This document shows positions 1 through 9,972 of a stretch of DNA of 64,000 bases, in pieces. The notes beneath the pieces are model-generated. The model was given only the letters and a program-made list of their open reading frames with translations. It was not told the origin of the DNA and ran no database searches. The position numbers were made by a program, and so were the translations under genes. Position 1 is the first letter of the stretch; each line of letters opens with the position of its first letter. Origin of the DNA: Thermoanaerobaculia bacterium (GTDB lineage: Bacteria > Acidobacteriota > Thermoanaerobaculia > Multivoradales > Multivoraceae); assembly GCA_963666565.1 (NCBI GenBank), contig OY762911.1:1728001-1792000 (forward strand), read 5' to 3'.

Positions 1-95
1 CGCCGGTCGGGCGAGCAGACCGCGCAGGAATCGCGGTTGCCGAAACGGCAGCAGGTCGGTTCGGCGCGGACGGTGGGTTCGATGGGGTAGAGCAC
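1..95 (-). CDS. possible 5' end of a gene running off the window (VLYPIEPTVRAEPTCCRFGNRDSCAVCSPDR...)
   Basis: GTG at 95 opens a frame with high GC3 codons to the window edge, downstream of hemF; no recognisable motif. Confidence 0.3.
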   Translation of the reverse strand, partial: MLYPIEPTVRAEPTCCRFGNRDSCAVCSPDR

Positions 96-201
96 GGCGA
101 GCGTCTTCCGTTGGCGAGTGGTTGGGGGGCTTTACTGTTCCGGTCGTCGTTGGCGGCGTTGTGTTTGCCGTTGGCGGTCTTGCGTTGGAGGGACTTGGCG
201 G

Positions 202-1254
202 TCAGAGCCAGTCGCGGCGGACCAGGAAGTCCGACGTCAGCCGCGCCTCGGCGGAGCCGGATTCCGGTTCGTAGTCGTAGCGCCACGCCGCCAGCGGCGG
301 CAACGAGGCCAGGATGGACTCGGTGCGCGCCCGCGCCTGCAGGCCGTAGCGCGTGCCTCGGTCGTACACCAGGTTGAACTCCACGTACCGCCCCCGCCGG
401 TGGAGCTGGAAATCGCGCTCCCGCTCGCCGTGATGCATGTCCTTGCGACGCTCGAGGATGGGAAGGTACGCGGGCAGGAAGTGGTCGCCGACGCTTCGGG
501 CGAAGGCGAAGCAGCGCTCGAAGCGGCCCCGTTCCGGCGGCCGGTCGAGGCGGTTGAGATCGTCGAAGAAGAGGCCGCCGACGCCGCGCATCTCCTGGCG
601 GTGGGGGAGGAAGAAGTAGTCGTCGCAGGCGGCCTTGCAGCGGGCGTAGAGGTCGTCGCCGAACGGCGCGCAGGCCGCGGACGCGGTGCGGTGCCAGTGG
701 ACGGCGTCTTCCTCGAAGCCGTAGTACGGGGTCAGGTCGAAGCCGCCGCCGAACCACCAGCCGTCCTCGGCTGCCGCCGGCCCGCCCTGGGCTTCGGGAT
801 CCCGGGGAGGATGGGCGATGAAGAAGCGGATGTTGGCGTGGCTGGTCGGGGCGTACGGGTTGCGGGGATGGACGATCAGCGACACGGAGGTCGCCTCGAA
901 ACTGCGACCGGCGAGCTCCGGCCGACGCTCGGTCGCCGCCAGCGGCAGCGAGTCGCCGCGCGAGTGACTGAAGTTGACGGCCGCCTTCTCGATGACGGCG
1001 CCGTCGGTGAGTACCCGCGGCCGGGCGACGCCTCCCCGCTCGTTGCGGAGTTCGCGGGCGTCGAACGCCCCGCCGTCGATGGCGACCAGGGCGTCGCAGA
1101 TGCGGTTCTGGAGATCGCGGAAGTAGGCGGCGACGATCTCCGCGGCACCGCCGCGTTCGGCCGCCGCGCCTGTGCGTCCGCCGGTCTCGCCAGCAGCGAG
1201 TTCGCGCCCGGCCGCGGCCAGCCCGGCGTCTTCCGTATCGCCTCGGTCGTTCAC
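202..1254 (-). CDS. hemF: oxygen-dependent coproporphyrinogen III oxidase
   Basis: Motifs [50 protein letters not shown]; GTG start overlaps the hemL stop (GTGA). Confidence 0.95.
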   Translation of the reverse strand: MNDRGDTEDAGLAAAGRELAAGETGGRTGAAAERGGAAEIVAAYFRDLQNRICDALVAIDGGAFDARELRNERGGVARPRVLTDGAVIEKAAVNFSHSRGDSLPLAATERRPELAGRSFEATSVSLIVHPRNPYAPTSHANIRFFIAHPPRDPEAQGGPAAAEDGWWFGGGFDLTPYYGFEEDAVHWHRTASAACAPFGDDLYARCKAACDDYFFLPHRQEMRGVGGLFFDDLNRLDRPPERGRFERCFAFARSVGDHFLPAYLPILERRKDMHHGERERDFQLHRRGRYVEFNLVYDRGTRYGLQARARTESILASLPPLAAWRYDYEPESGSAEARLTSDFLVRRDWL

Positions 1255-2549
1255 GGCGCCGGGATCTCCGCCAGTGCCTCGCCGACCGCGCCGGCAAAGC
1301 CGGCGAGCGCTCCCTCGTCGTGCGCCAGCGACAGGAAGCCGACCTCGAAGGCGGACGGGGCGAGCATGTAGCCGCGGTCGAGCAGCCCGCGGTGGAGCAG
1401 CGCGAAGATCTCGGCGGTGTTCGGGTGGAAGCAGTCGGCCCGGCGCGGCGGTTCGCCGCCGCCGTAGGCGAGCCAGAAGATGGAGCCGCAACGGACGAGC
1501 CGGTAGGGATGATCGCTCGCCTCGAACACGGGGCCGAGCTTGCGTTCGAGCAGCGCGCCCAGGGCGTCCATCCGCGCCCAGCCGTCGTTGGCCGCGAGCT
1601 CGCGCAGGGTGGCGAGCCCGCCGGCGACGGCGAGCGGGTTTCCGGACAGCGTGCCGGCCTGGTAGACCGGACCGAGCGGCGAGAGCCGGTCCATCAGCCG
1701 CGCCGGCCCGCCGTAGGCGCCGACCGGCAGCCCGCCGCCGATCACCTTTCCAAGGGTGACGAGGTCGGGATCGATGCCGAGCTGGCCGCCGACGGTGACC
1801 CCGGGGACCCGGAACCCGCTCAGCACCTCGTCGAAGATCAAGAGCGTGCCGTGCTCGGTGCAGAGCCGGCGCAGGAGGCGGAGGTACTCGGGCCGCTGAA
1901 CCAGCAGGCCGTTGTTCGCCGGCAGCGGCTCGACGATCGCGGCCGCGAGATTCGCGCCGTGGCGCCGGAAGGCCTCTTCGAGCGCTTCGCCGTCGTCGAG
2001 CGGCAGCACGATCGTGTCGCGGGCGGTCGCCGCCGGGATGCCGGCGCTGGAGGCGATCCCGAAGGTGGCAAGACCGCTCCCCGCCTCGACCAGCAGCGCG
2101 TCGACGTGGCCGTGGTAGCAGCCCTCGAACTTGAGCACGAGGTCGCGGCCCGTGCAGCCGCGGGCGAGCCGGACCGCGGACTGCGTCGCCTCGGTGCCGG
2201 AGTTGACGAACCGGATCTTCTCGACGATCGGCACGAGTTCCTTGACGATGCGCGCGAGCTCGACCTCGCCTTCGTGCGGCGCGGCGAAGGACGTGCCGCG
2301 GGCGGCCGCCTGTTGGACGGCCTCGACGACCGCCGGGTGGCCGTGTCCCAGCACGAGGGGGCCGAACGAGCCGATGAAGTCGACGTAGCTCTTGCCGTCG
2401 ACGGAGCGCATCGCGGCGCCCTCGGCCTCCGCGATGAAGGGCGGCGTGCCGCCGACCGCGCGGTAGGCGCGCACCGGGCTGTTCACGCCCCCGACCAGGT
2501 GGCGCCGCGCCTCGGCCCAGAGTTCGCTGCTGGTGCGTCCGGCGGTCAT
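1251..2549 (-). CDS. hemL: glutamate-1-semialdehyde 2,1-aminomutase
   Basis: [38 protein letters not shown] (PLP Lys), [10 protein letters not shown]; GGAGGA RBS. Confidence 0.97.
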   Translation of the reverse strand: MTAGRTSSELWAEARRHLVGGVNSPVRAYRAVGGTPPFIAEAEGAAMRSVDGKSYVDFIGSFGPLVLGHGHPAVVEAVQQAAARGTSFAAPHEGEVELARIVKELVPIVEKIRFVNSGTEATQSAVRLARGCTGRDLVLKFEGCYHGHVDALLVEAGSGLATFGIASSAGIPAATARDTIVLPLDDGEALEEAFRRHGANLAAAIVEPLPANNGLLVQRPEYLRLLRRLCTEHGTLLIFDEVLSGFRVPGVTVGGQLGIDPDLVTLGKVIGGGLPVGAYGGPARLMDRLSPLGPVYQAGTLSGNPLAVAGGLATLRELAANDGWARMDALGALLERKLGPVFEASDHPYRLVRCGSIFWLAYGGGEPPRRADCFHPNTAEIFALLHRGLLDRGYMLAPSAFEVGFLSLAHDEGALAGFAGAVGEALAEIPAP

Positions 2550-2605
2550 TCGCGTCCTCCGGCGGTCGCTCCCGGCCGGCAGTCGCGGCGTTGGCCTGCA
2601 CTCAT
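2546..2605 (-). CDS. 19-aa bridging mini-ORF ([19 protein letters not shown])
   Basis: Its ATG overlaps the hemCD stop (ATGA 2605-2602) and its TGA overlaps the hemL ATG (2549-2546); GGAGG 7 nt upstream of its start. Confidence 0.5.
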   Translation of the reverse strand: MSAGQRRDCRPGATAGGRE

Positions 2606-4626
2606 TCGGACGCCTCCGACGCCGTTGCGCCGTCCGTCCGTTCGCGCCAGAGGCGTTCGATGCCGGCGGCGGTCGGTTCGTGTGCGCATTTCACGTTGCC
2701 CGCTCCGGCGCTCCGGAGCGCCGCGGCCGTCGTGGCCCCGATCGCCCAGCAGCTTCCCGGCCAGTCGAGGCCGGACGCCGGGAAGGCCGCGACCGCCGAC
2801 GGAGCGGTGAAGAGTACGCGGGCGCGGGCCGCTTGCCAACCCTCGGGCCAGCCCAGGTCGTCCTTCGGATGCACCGTGTAGGCAGCCCAGGCGGTGACCT
2901 CCCGGCCGGCCGCCTCGAGCGCCTCGACGAGCGGGGCGCCGCCGCGGGCGGAATGCGGCACGAACAGCGGGCAGCGCGGGTCGAGGACGCGGGCCGCGTA
3001 GCCGGCGAAGTCCTCGCCCCCCGAGGCCCGCGCCGCGAGGTTCGGCGGCACGCCGGCCGCGAGCAACGCGCGCGCCGTGCCTTCGCCGAGCGCGCACCAC
3101 GGCAGGCGGCCCCAGACGGGATCCCGCTCCGCTCGCTCGACGACCACGCGCGCCGCCGTAGGTGACGAAACGAGCAGCCACGGCCACCGGCGGCGCGGCC
3201 TCTCAAGTTCGATGCGGCCGGCCGGCCAGGGCGTGTCGAAGACCTCGACTTCCGTCGCCGGCAGGGCTGCGACCCGGATGCGGGGATCGAGCCGGCCGGT
3301 CAGCCGGCGCACGGCAATCGGCGACGAAGTGACGACGAGATCCGGCACGCCGATGCCCGTCTCGTCAGGAGCCTTCCGCTCCCTGGGTGCGCGGGTCTTC
3401 CGACCCGCACTGGGTGCGCGGGTCTTCTGACCCGCCGCCGCCGAAGGCGGCCTAAAGACCCCGCCGGCCGCAAGGCCGGCATCCACTCCGCCAAGATCCC
3501 GCTCCAACCGCTCCGCCAGCGCGTCAAGTTCGCCACCGCCGTCGCCGTCCGCCGCCGCAGCCGCAGCGTGAACCACGCCTGGCGCCTCCCCGGCCGCGGC
3601 GGACTCGCGCCAGTCGTCCGGCGCAATCAGCGCATGGACCTCGCGCGGCGCCGGCCTCTCCGACTCTCCATCGCCGACCTCCGCCCACGCGCCGAACGGC
3701 CGCAGGCAGCCGCCCCCGAGCCGGCCGAGCAGGCCCCGCTCCGCGAGAACCGCGACCCGGCTCGGGGCGTGGTCGAGCGCCGCCATCGCCAGATGCCCGT
3801 CGAGCCGGCCTCCGCGCAGGATCTGCACCGCCAGAGCCCCCTGACCGGGAGCGCACGGCCAACTCCTCAGGTCGAGCCGGAAGCCACGCACCGCGGCCGC
3901 CGACCCGTCGAGCGCTCCACTGCGAGCCAGCCGCAGAACGCCGGCCTCCGCCGCCAGCAGAGCGTCGATCGCCCCGCTCCGGAGCCACTCCAGCCGGCGA
4001 CCCACCGACCCGCGCACCGCGCAGCAGACGAGATCCCGCCGGATCGCGAGCGCCCCGGCCTGCCGCCGTGGCGACGACGTACCCAGGCGTGCCCCGGCCG
4101 GCAGGAGAGCGAACGCCTCGGTGGCCGGAGTCGCGCTCTCGCCGACGGCCGTCTCGTCGCCCTCGAGCAGTTCCTCAAGTTGCGACGTCGACCCCGCCGC
4201 TCCGGCTGCACCCATCGCGCCGGTCGCCTCGGCTGGCCCCGTCGGCCCCGCTGTCCCGGCCGCCTCGGCTGCCTCCGCCGCCCCGACTGCCCCGGCGGCC
4301 TCCAACTTCGGCGCGAACAGCAGAAGATCGAACGGCCGCTCCCGTTCCGGCACGGCGGCGATGACCAGCCCCGGTTCGTTCTCGACAGGCAGGTCCTTCA
4401 GCGAGTGAACGACGAGGTCGACCGAGCCATCGCGCAGAGCAGCGCTCAGTTCGCCGGTGAAGACCCCCTTGGCCTGGGCGAAACTGCCGCCGAGGCTGCG
4501 GTCGCCCTGAGAGGACATGGCGCGGACTACGGTCGCCAAGCCCACTTCGCGGAGCCGGCGGGCGACGAGATCGGCCTGAATCCGCGCCAGCGGCGTCGCC
4601 CGAGTGCCGATGACGATGGGGTCCAC
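2602..4626 (-). CDS. hemC-hemD: fused hydroxymethylbilane synthase / uroporphyrinogen-III synthase
   Basis: HemC motifs IGTR, VHSLKDLP, GTSSPRR, PGQGALA, GGGC; C-terminal HemD motifs VSSPTA, ALGEGTARAL, FTAPSAV, AIGATTAAAL; GTG start 6 nt after a TATTCT -10-like box. Confidence 0.88.
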   Translation of the reverse strand: MDPIVIGTRATPLARIQADLVARRLREVGLATVVRAMSSQGDRSLGGSFAQAKGVFTGELSAALRDGSVDLVVHSLKDLPVENEPGLVIAAVPERERPFDLLLFAPKLEAAGAVGAAEAAEAAGTAGPTGPAEATGAMGAAGAAGSTSQLEELLEGDETAVGESATPATEAFALLPAGARLGTSSPRRQAGALAIRRDLVCCAVRGSVGRRLEWLRSGAIDALLAAEAGVLRLARSGALDGSAAAVRGFRLDLRSWPCAPGQGALAVQILRGGRLDGHLAMAALDHAPSRVAVLAERGLLGRLGGGCLRPFGAWAEVGDGESERPAPREVHALIAPDDWRESAAAGEAPGVVHAAAAAADGDGGGELDALAERLERDLGGVDAGLAAGGVFRPPSAAAGQKTRAPSAGRKTRAPRERKAPDETGIGVPDLVVTSSPIAVRRLTGRLDPRIRVAALPATEVEVFDTPWPAGRIELERPRRRWPWLLVSSPTAARVVVERAERDPVWGRLPWCALGEGTARALLAAGVPPNLAARASGGEDFAGYAARVLDPRCPLFVPHSARGGAPLVEALEAAGREVTAWAAYTVHPKDDLGWPEGWQAARARVLFTAPSAVAAFPASGLDWPGSCWAIGATTAAALRSAGAGNVKCAHEPTAAGIERLWRERTDGATASEASE
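3383..3452. repeat. two tandem REP-like hairpin units (27-bp period) plus a GCCGCC-GAA-GGCGGC tail, inside hemCD
   Basis: CTGGGTGC-GCGGGTC-TTCC/TTCT-GACCCGC twice; same family as the copies at 6641, 9804, 24045, 42965 and 58435. Confidence 0.9.
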
Positions 4627-4801
4627 CGCGTGAGAATACGCCCTGTTGCGCGAAGGATCTCGGCGCGTGGCCGCGGCAGGTCCCCGGCTCGATGCCAGGC
4701 GGTAGGCTTCCACGCGCGAAGAGCGCTCGAACGCGAACGTCCGTTTCGCCCGGGGCGCTCGGCTGCGAGCCGACTCTCCGATTCAACCCCGAGGACTCGC
4801 C

Positions 4802-6628
4802 ATGACGCTGCCCTTCCCGCCTCGCTCCCGGCCTTTCCCGCTCGCGCTGGCCGCCGCGGTCGCGCTCCTCCTCCTTGCCGCCTGCGCCGGAGAACCGCGC
4901 CCGACGGCGGCCGAGTTCACGACGGCGGCGGAGGAGACGATTGTCGAGCACTACTACGACGGCAGCCGCGCCGCGTGGGTGCAGGCGACCTACATCAACG
5001 AGGACACGACCGCCCTGGCGGCCCGTTTCGGCGCGGAAGCGCTGACCCGCGCGATCGACTTCGCGCAGGAGGCGGCGACCTACGACGCGGCGTCGGAGCC
5101 GGACGAGGTGGCCCGCAAGCTCGGCCTCCTGCGCGGCGGCCTGACCGTGGCCGCGCCGGCGGACGAGGCGAAGATCCAGGAACTGAGCCGGATCGCGACC
5201 CGGATGGAGGCGGCCTACGGTTCCGGCAAGCACTGCCCGGACGGCCCCGACGCGGACACATGCCGCTCCCTGGGCGACCTGGAGGACGTGATCGACAACA
5301 GCCGCGACGCCGCCGAGCTGCTCGACGCCTGGGAGGGCTGGCGCACCATCTCGCCGCCGATGCGCGCCGACTACCGACGCTTCGTCGAGCTCTCGAACGA
5401 GGGCGCGCGCGGCCTCGGGTTCGCCGACACCGGCTCCATGTGGCGGTCGGGGTACGACATGCCGCCGGACGACTTCGCGGCCGAGGTCGACCGGCTCTGG
5501 GATCAGGTCAAGCCGCTCTACGACGACTTGCAGTGCCATGTCCGGGCCGAACTCTCGGACCGTTACGGAGCGGACGTCGTGGACCCGGCCGGCCCGATCC
5601 CGGCCCACGTCCTGGGAAACATGTGGGCGCAGAGCTGGTCCAACGTCTTCGACCTCGTGGCGCCGCCGGCTGCCGACCCCGGCTACGACCTGACCGAGAT
5701 CCTCCAGAGCCGCGGCACGTCCGAGGTCGAGATGGTCGAGATGGCCGAGGGTTTCTTCACCTCGCTGGGGATGGAATCGCTGCCGGACACCTTCTGGACC
5801 CGCTCCCAGTTCCTCAAGCCGCGCGACCGCGAGGTCGTCTGCCACGCCAGCGCCTGGCACCTCGACCTGGACGAGGACGTGCGGATCAAGATGTGCATCG
5901 ACATCAACGCCGAGGACTTCTCGACCATCCACCACGAACTCGGCCACACCTACTACCAGCTCGGCTACCGGGAACTGCCGCCCCTGTTCCGCGACAGCGC
6001 GAACGACGGGTTCCACGAGGCCCTGGGCGATGTGATCTCCCTGTCAGTGACTCCGGGCTACCTGGTCGACATCGGCCTGCTCGACGCCGAACCGCCAGCC
6101 GACGCCGACCTCTCCCTTCTCATGCGAATGGCGCTCGACAAGGTGGCCTTCCTGCCCTTCGGCCTGCTGATCGACCGCTGGCGCTGGAGCGTGTTCTCGG
6201 GCGAGACGCCGCCCGAGGAGTACAACGCCGCCTGGTGGGCCCTGCGCGAGCGGTACCAGGGTGTCGCCGCGCCGACCGAGCGCACCGAGGAGCACTTCGA
6301 TCCGGGCGCCAAGTACCACGTGCCGGGCAACACGCCGTACACGCGCTACTTCCTGGCCCACATCCTCCAGTTCCAGATCCACCGCGACCTGTGCGCGGCC
6401 ATCGGCTACGAAGGGCCGCTCCACCGCTGCTCGATCTACGGCAACGAGGAGGCGGGGCGGCGCCTGAGCGAGATGATGGCGATGGGCCTGAGCCTGCCGT
6501 GGCCGGACGCGCTGGAGGCGGCCACCGGCAGCCGCGAGATGGACGCGACCGCGATCCTCGACTACTTCGCGCCCCTCGCCGACTGGCTCCGCGAGCGGAA
6601 CGCTGGCCGCACCTGCGGCTGGAGCTGA
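4802..6628 (+). CDS. M2 family peptidyl-dipeptidase (ACE-like), lipoprotein
   Basis: LAAC lipobox, HVLGNMWAQSW, CHASAW, HHELGH zinc motif, ANDGFHEALG, FDPGAKYHV. Confidence 0.95.
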   Translation: MTLPFPPRSRPFPLALAAAVALLLLAACAGEPRPTAAEFTTAAEETIVEHYYDGSRAAWVQATYINEDTTALAARFGAEALTRAIDFAQEAATYDAASEPDEVARKLGLLRGGLTVAAPADEAKIQELSRIATRMEAAYGSGKHCPDGPDADTCRSLGDLEDVIDNSRDAAELLDAWEGWRTISPPMRADYRRFVELSNEGARGLGFADTGSMWRSGYDMPPDDFAAEVDRLWDQVKPLYDDLQCHVRAELSDRYGADVVDPAGPIPAHVLGNMWAQSWSNVFDLVAPPAADPGYDLTEILQSRGTSEVEMVEMAEGFFTSLGMESLPDTFWTRSQFLKPRDREVVCHASAWHLDLDEDVRIKMCIDINAEDFSTIHHELGHTYYQLGYRELPPLFRDSANDGFHEALGDVISLSVTPGYLVDIGLLDAEPPADADLSLLMRMALDKVAFLPFGLLIDRWRWSVFSGETPPEEYNAAWWALRERYQGVAAPTERTEEHFDPGAKYHVPGNTPYTRYFLAHILQFQIHRDLCAAIGYEGPLHRCSIYGNEEAGRRLSEMMAMGLSLPWPDALEAATGSREMDATAILDYFAPLADWLRERNAGRTCGWS

Positions 6629-6640
6629 CGCTTGATCCCG

Positions 6641-6736
6641 CTGGGTGCGCCGGCGCCCTCGCCGGCTTCCGAGAGAGACGCGCCGACTGTCGGTGCGCGG
6701 GCCTTCTGGCCCGCATCCGGCGCGAAGCGCCGGCCT
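6641..6736. repeat. intergenic REP-like cluster (variant units)
   Basis: CTGGGTGC-GCCGGC-GCCCTC-GCCGGC; TGTCGGTGC-GCGGGCC-TTCT-GGCCCGC; CCGGCGC-GAA-GCGCCGG. Confidence 0.8.
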
Positions 6737-6777
6737 CCGCGAGTGCTGCCGCAGCGGCGCGGCCAGGGGAGGCGGAG

Positions 6778-7554
6778 GTGCTGATCGCCACCTGGAACGT
6801 CAACGGTCTGGGCGCCCGGTTCGACTTTCTCGTCCACTGGCTGAAGGCGCGCCGGCCGGACGTCGTCGGCCTCCAGGAGCTCAAGGCGACGGCGGAGAAC
6901 GTCCCCTTTCGCGAACTCGAGGCTCTCGGCTACCACGCCGCCGTCTGCGGCCAGAAGGCCTGGAACGGCGTAGCCGTCCTCTCCCGCCAGCCGATCGAGG
7001 AGGTTCAGTCCGGGCTGCCCGGCGAGGAGGAGGCCGGCGCCCGCCTGCTGCGGGTGCGCACCGCGGGCCTCGACTTCACGACCGTCTACTGCCCGAACGG
7101 CAAGGACATCGACCACCTGGACTATCCCCGCAAGCTGGCCTGGTTCGACTCGCTGCGCGGCTACCTTGCGGGTTCGCTCGCGGCGGAAACGCCGGCCGTG
7201 CTCTGCGGCGACTTCAACGTCGCGCCGACGCGCCTCGACACCCACGACGAGGACCGGCTGGCCGGCCGCATCCACCACACGGAGGCCGAGCGCGACCGCT
7301 TCCAGGCCCTGCTCGATATCGGGTTCTTCGACCTGTTCCGGGAACTCCATCCCGACACGGTCAAGTTCTCCTGGTGGGACTACCGCTTCGGCGCTTTCCA
7401 CCGGAACCTCGGCCTGCGGATCGACTTCCTGCTGGCGACCGAGGCGGTCCGTGCCCGCGTCGAGCAGGTCGAGACGGACCGCGACTACCGGAAGAAGAAG
7501 GAAGGCCTGATCGCCTCCGACCACGCGCCGGTGATGGCCCGGCTGAGGACGTAG
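6778..7554 (+). CDS. xth: exodeoxyribonuclease III (AP endonuclease)
   Basis: IATWNVNG, LQELK, WNGVA, VYCPNG, CGDFN, FSWWDYR, GLRID, SDHAPV. Confidence 0.95.
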   Translation: MLIATWNVNGLGARFDFLVHWLKARRPDVVGLQELKATAENVPFRELEALGYHAAVCGQKAWNGVAVLSRQPIEEVQSGLPGEEEAGARLLRVRTAGLDFTTVYCPNGKDIDHLDYPRKLAWFDSLRGYLAGSLAAETPAVLCGDFNVAPTRLDTHDEDRLAGRIHHTEAERDRFQALLDIGFFDLFRELHPDTVKFSWWDYRFGAFHRNLGLRIDFLLATEAVRARVEQVETDRDYRKKKEGLIASDHAPVMARLRT

Positions 7555-7567
7555 CCCGGGCGCGGCG

Positions 7568-9175
7568 TCAGGCCGCTTCGACGACCTCTCCGACCGCCTG
7601 CGCGCGCTCGATCCGGCTGCTCTCTTCGGCGGCTACGCTGCGGCCGGCGAGCCAGAAGAAGATCACGCCGAGGACATACGCGCCCAGGCTCGCCAGCATC
7701 GCCAGTTGCAGGGAGCGACCGGAATCGGCGCCGCCGGCCTCCAGCGTGGTGCTCAACCAACCCATGAGGAAGGGCCCCAGGGCGAGACCCACGAAGGTCA
7801 CCATCAGGATGTAGAACGCCGATGCGGTTCCGCGCATCCTGGGCAACACGAGGTCGTTGGCCAGGGCGACGGCCGAACCGATCCATGCCGATCCGATGAC
7901 CGTGTAGACGAAGTTGACCACGTAGGCCGTGGTGACGTCTTCCGTCAGCACGAAGAACGCTCCCAGCGGGATCGAGGCCAGGGCGATGACGAGCCCGCAG
8001 AGCGGGCGGGCCCTCGCCGACTTCCGCTTCATCCAGTCGGAGAACCAGCCGCCTCCGGCGACTCCCATCCAGCCCGCGACGGCGGCCGTGATGCCCAGGA
8101 TCAGGCCGGCTTCGCCCGCGCTCTGATCGTGTACCCGCCGGAAGTAGGTCGGCGCCCAGAAGCCGAGGCCGTAGCCGACGAAGGCCATCCAGCCGAAGCC
8201 GAACATGCCGTAGATCATCGAGCGGGAGCGGTAGACCAGTTCGAACGTGGGCCGGTCCCTCAGCCGCAGCCCCTGGACCCAGGAGAGGAAGGCGTACGCG
8301 CCGATCGCGAGAGCGATCCACTGCACCGGGTTGCCGAAGACCTGGATCAGGCCTAAGGAGGCGACGGCGCAACCGACCGCGATCAGGAGGTTCCGGGCCA
8401 CTGTCCGGGCGCCGCCGGCACGCTGCAGCGAAAGCAGGGTCAACGGCGGCAGGATGGCGGCCGTCTCCTTCCCCAGTTCCTTGAACGGCGCGGGGTGATC
8501 CCTGGTGACGATGCCTTCCTGGAGGCCGCGGATCGGCTCGCGCAGGGTCCATACCCAGATCGCCATCAGCAGCCCGGGCAGGCCGACGGCGAAGAACGCG
8601 ACCTGCCAGCCGACCAGGCCGAACGGCGCGCCGCCGTCGGCGTAGGCGTTGTTCCACCTGTCCACGATCTGACCGCCGATCAGGATGCCGAGGCCCGCGC
8701 CGATGTAGACGCCGCTCGAGTACATCGCGGTCACCGTGGCCCGCAGCCGCGGCGGGTAGTAGTCGCCGAGCATGGAGAACGCTGCCGGCCCGGCGCTCGA
8801 TTCGCCGATCCCGACGCCAATCCGGTAGGCGGCGAGCGAGACGAAGCCGCGAGCGGTGCCGGACAGCGCGGTCATCAGGCTCCAGGCGGCCAGGCCGACC
8901 GAGATCAGGCTCTTTCGGGTCCACATGTCGGCCAGACGGCCGAGCGGGATGCCGAAGATGGCATAGAAGACGGCGAACGCCGTGCCGTAGAGGAAGCCGA
9001 GCTGGGCGTCGCTGACGCCAAGGTCGTTGCGTATGTCCTCCGCGAGGATCGAGAGGATCTGGCGATCGATGAAGTTGAAGACGTAGACCAGGACGAGGAC
9101 GCCCAGGACGTAGTTGGAGTACCGCCGGCTCGGCGCCTGCGGGGCCGGGGTCTGGGAGTCGTCTGGTTTCGTCAT
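7568..9175 (-). CDS. MFS transporter, Spinster-like
   Basis: YVFNFIDRQIL, GRLAD motif A, RIGVGIGES, multiple hydrophobic helices. Confidence 0.9.
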   Translation of the reverse strand: MTKPDDSQTPAPQAPSRRYSNYVLGVLVLVYVFNFIDRQILSILAEDIRNDLGVSDAQLGFLYGTAFAVFYAIFGIPLGRLADMWTRKSLISVGLAAWSLMTALSGTARGFVSLAAYRIGVGIGESSAGPAAFSMLGDYYPPRLRATVTAMYSSGVYIGAGLGILIGGQIVDRWNNAYADGGAPFGLVGWQVAFFAVGLPGLLMAIWVWTLREPIRGLQEGIVTRDHPAPFKELGKETAAILPPLTLLSLQRAGGARTVARNLLIAVGCAVASLGLIQVFGNPVQWIALAIGAYAFLSWVQGLRLRDRPTFELVYRSRSMIYGMFGFGWMAFVGYGLGFWAPTYFRRVHDQSAGEAGLILGITAAVAGWMGVAGGGWFSDWMKRKSARARPLCGLVIALASIPLGAFFVLTEDVTTAYVVNFVYTVIGSAWIGSAVALANDLVLPRMRGTASAFYILMVTFVGLALGPFLMGWLSTTLEAGGADSGRSLQLAMLASLGAYVLGVIFFWLAGRSVAAEESSRIERAQAVGEVVEAA

Positions 9176-9192
9176 TCTTCTCCCGTGGTCAT
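9172..9192 (-). CDS. 6-aa bridging mini-ORF (MTTGEE)
   Basis: ATG overlaps the ferritin stop (9192-9189); TGA overlaps the MFS ATG (9175-9172). Confidence 0.45.
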   Translation of the reverse strand: MTTGEE

Positions 9193-9716
9193 TCGCCTCC
9201 GTCCGCTCCCGGTTCCGCCATGGCGCCGGGCACGGTGCCCTTGGCGAGTTCCTGGTCGATCATGAGCATACCGACCCCGTCGCCGCCGACGAGTCTCAGC
9301 CTGCCAAGCAACGTGCGGGCGACGTTCTCCTCCTCGACCTGCTCGTTGATGAACCACTGGAGCATGATCGAGGCGGCGCGGTCGTGCAGCTTCTCGGACA
9401 GGTCGTAGAGGTCCTCGATCGCCCGGGTCACCCGCTGCTCGCTCTTGAGGATGTCGGCGACGGCGGCCTCCGGCGACTCCCACTCGGTCGGCTGGGCCGG
9501 AATCTCCGGGATCCGCACCAGCAGGTCGCGGTCGGCGAGGTGATCGATGATGCGGTGGGCGTGGCCGAGTTCGTCGGCGGACTGTCCGCGCAGCCAGGCG
9601 CCGAAGCCCGGCAGGTCGATGCGCTCGAGCCAGAGCGCCATGGACAGGTAGCGGTGAGCGGCCTCGAACTCGAGTCGGAGGTGTGCGTTCAGACGGTCGT
9701 GGAGGGTCTGGTCCAT
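9189..9716 (-). CDS. ftnA: non-haem ferritin
   Basis: LEFEAAHRYLSM, DELGHA, EQRVT, LQWFINEQVEEE ferroxidase pattern. Confidence 0.9.
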   Translation of the reverse strand: MDQTLHDRLNAHLRLEFEAAHRYLSMALWLERIDLPGFGAWLRGQSADELGHAHRIIDHLADRDLLVRIPEIPAQPTEWESPEAAVADILKSEQRVTRAIEDLYDLSEKLHDRAASIMLQWFINEQVEEENVARTLLGRLRLVGGDGVGMLMIDQELAKGTVPGAMAEPGADGGE

Positions 9717-9803
9717 CGTGTCCTCGGTGTTGGGCGGTTTGAAGTGGACGCCCTCAGCATAGCGCCGCCCGATGGAGAACCGGCGCCCGGGCATCGGTGC
9801 GGC

Positions 9804-9951
9804 CGGGTGTCGGTGCGCGGGTCTTCCGACCCGCATCCGCCGGGTGTCGGTGCGCGGGTCTTCCGACCCGCATCCGCCGGGCGTCGGTGCGCGGGTCTTC
9901 CGACCCGCATCCGCCGGGTGTCGGTGCGCGGGTCTTCCGACCCGCATCCGC
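9804..9951. repeat. tandem array of 4 x 37-bp REP-like units
   Basis: CGGGTGTCGGTGCGCGGGTCTTCCGACCCGCATCCGC at 9804, 9841, 9878 (1 mismatch) and 9915; no spacers. Confidence 0.95.
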
Positions 9952-9972
9952 CGCAGGCGGCCAAGGGAGCGC

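Noticed and set aside
9804-9951. CRISPR array (37-bp palindromic repeats)
   Set aside because: Units are head-to-tail with no spacers, no cas genes are present, and the same motif is dispersed as REP-like copies
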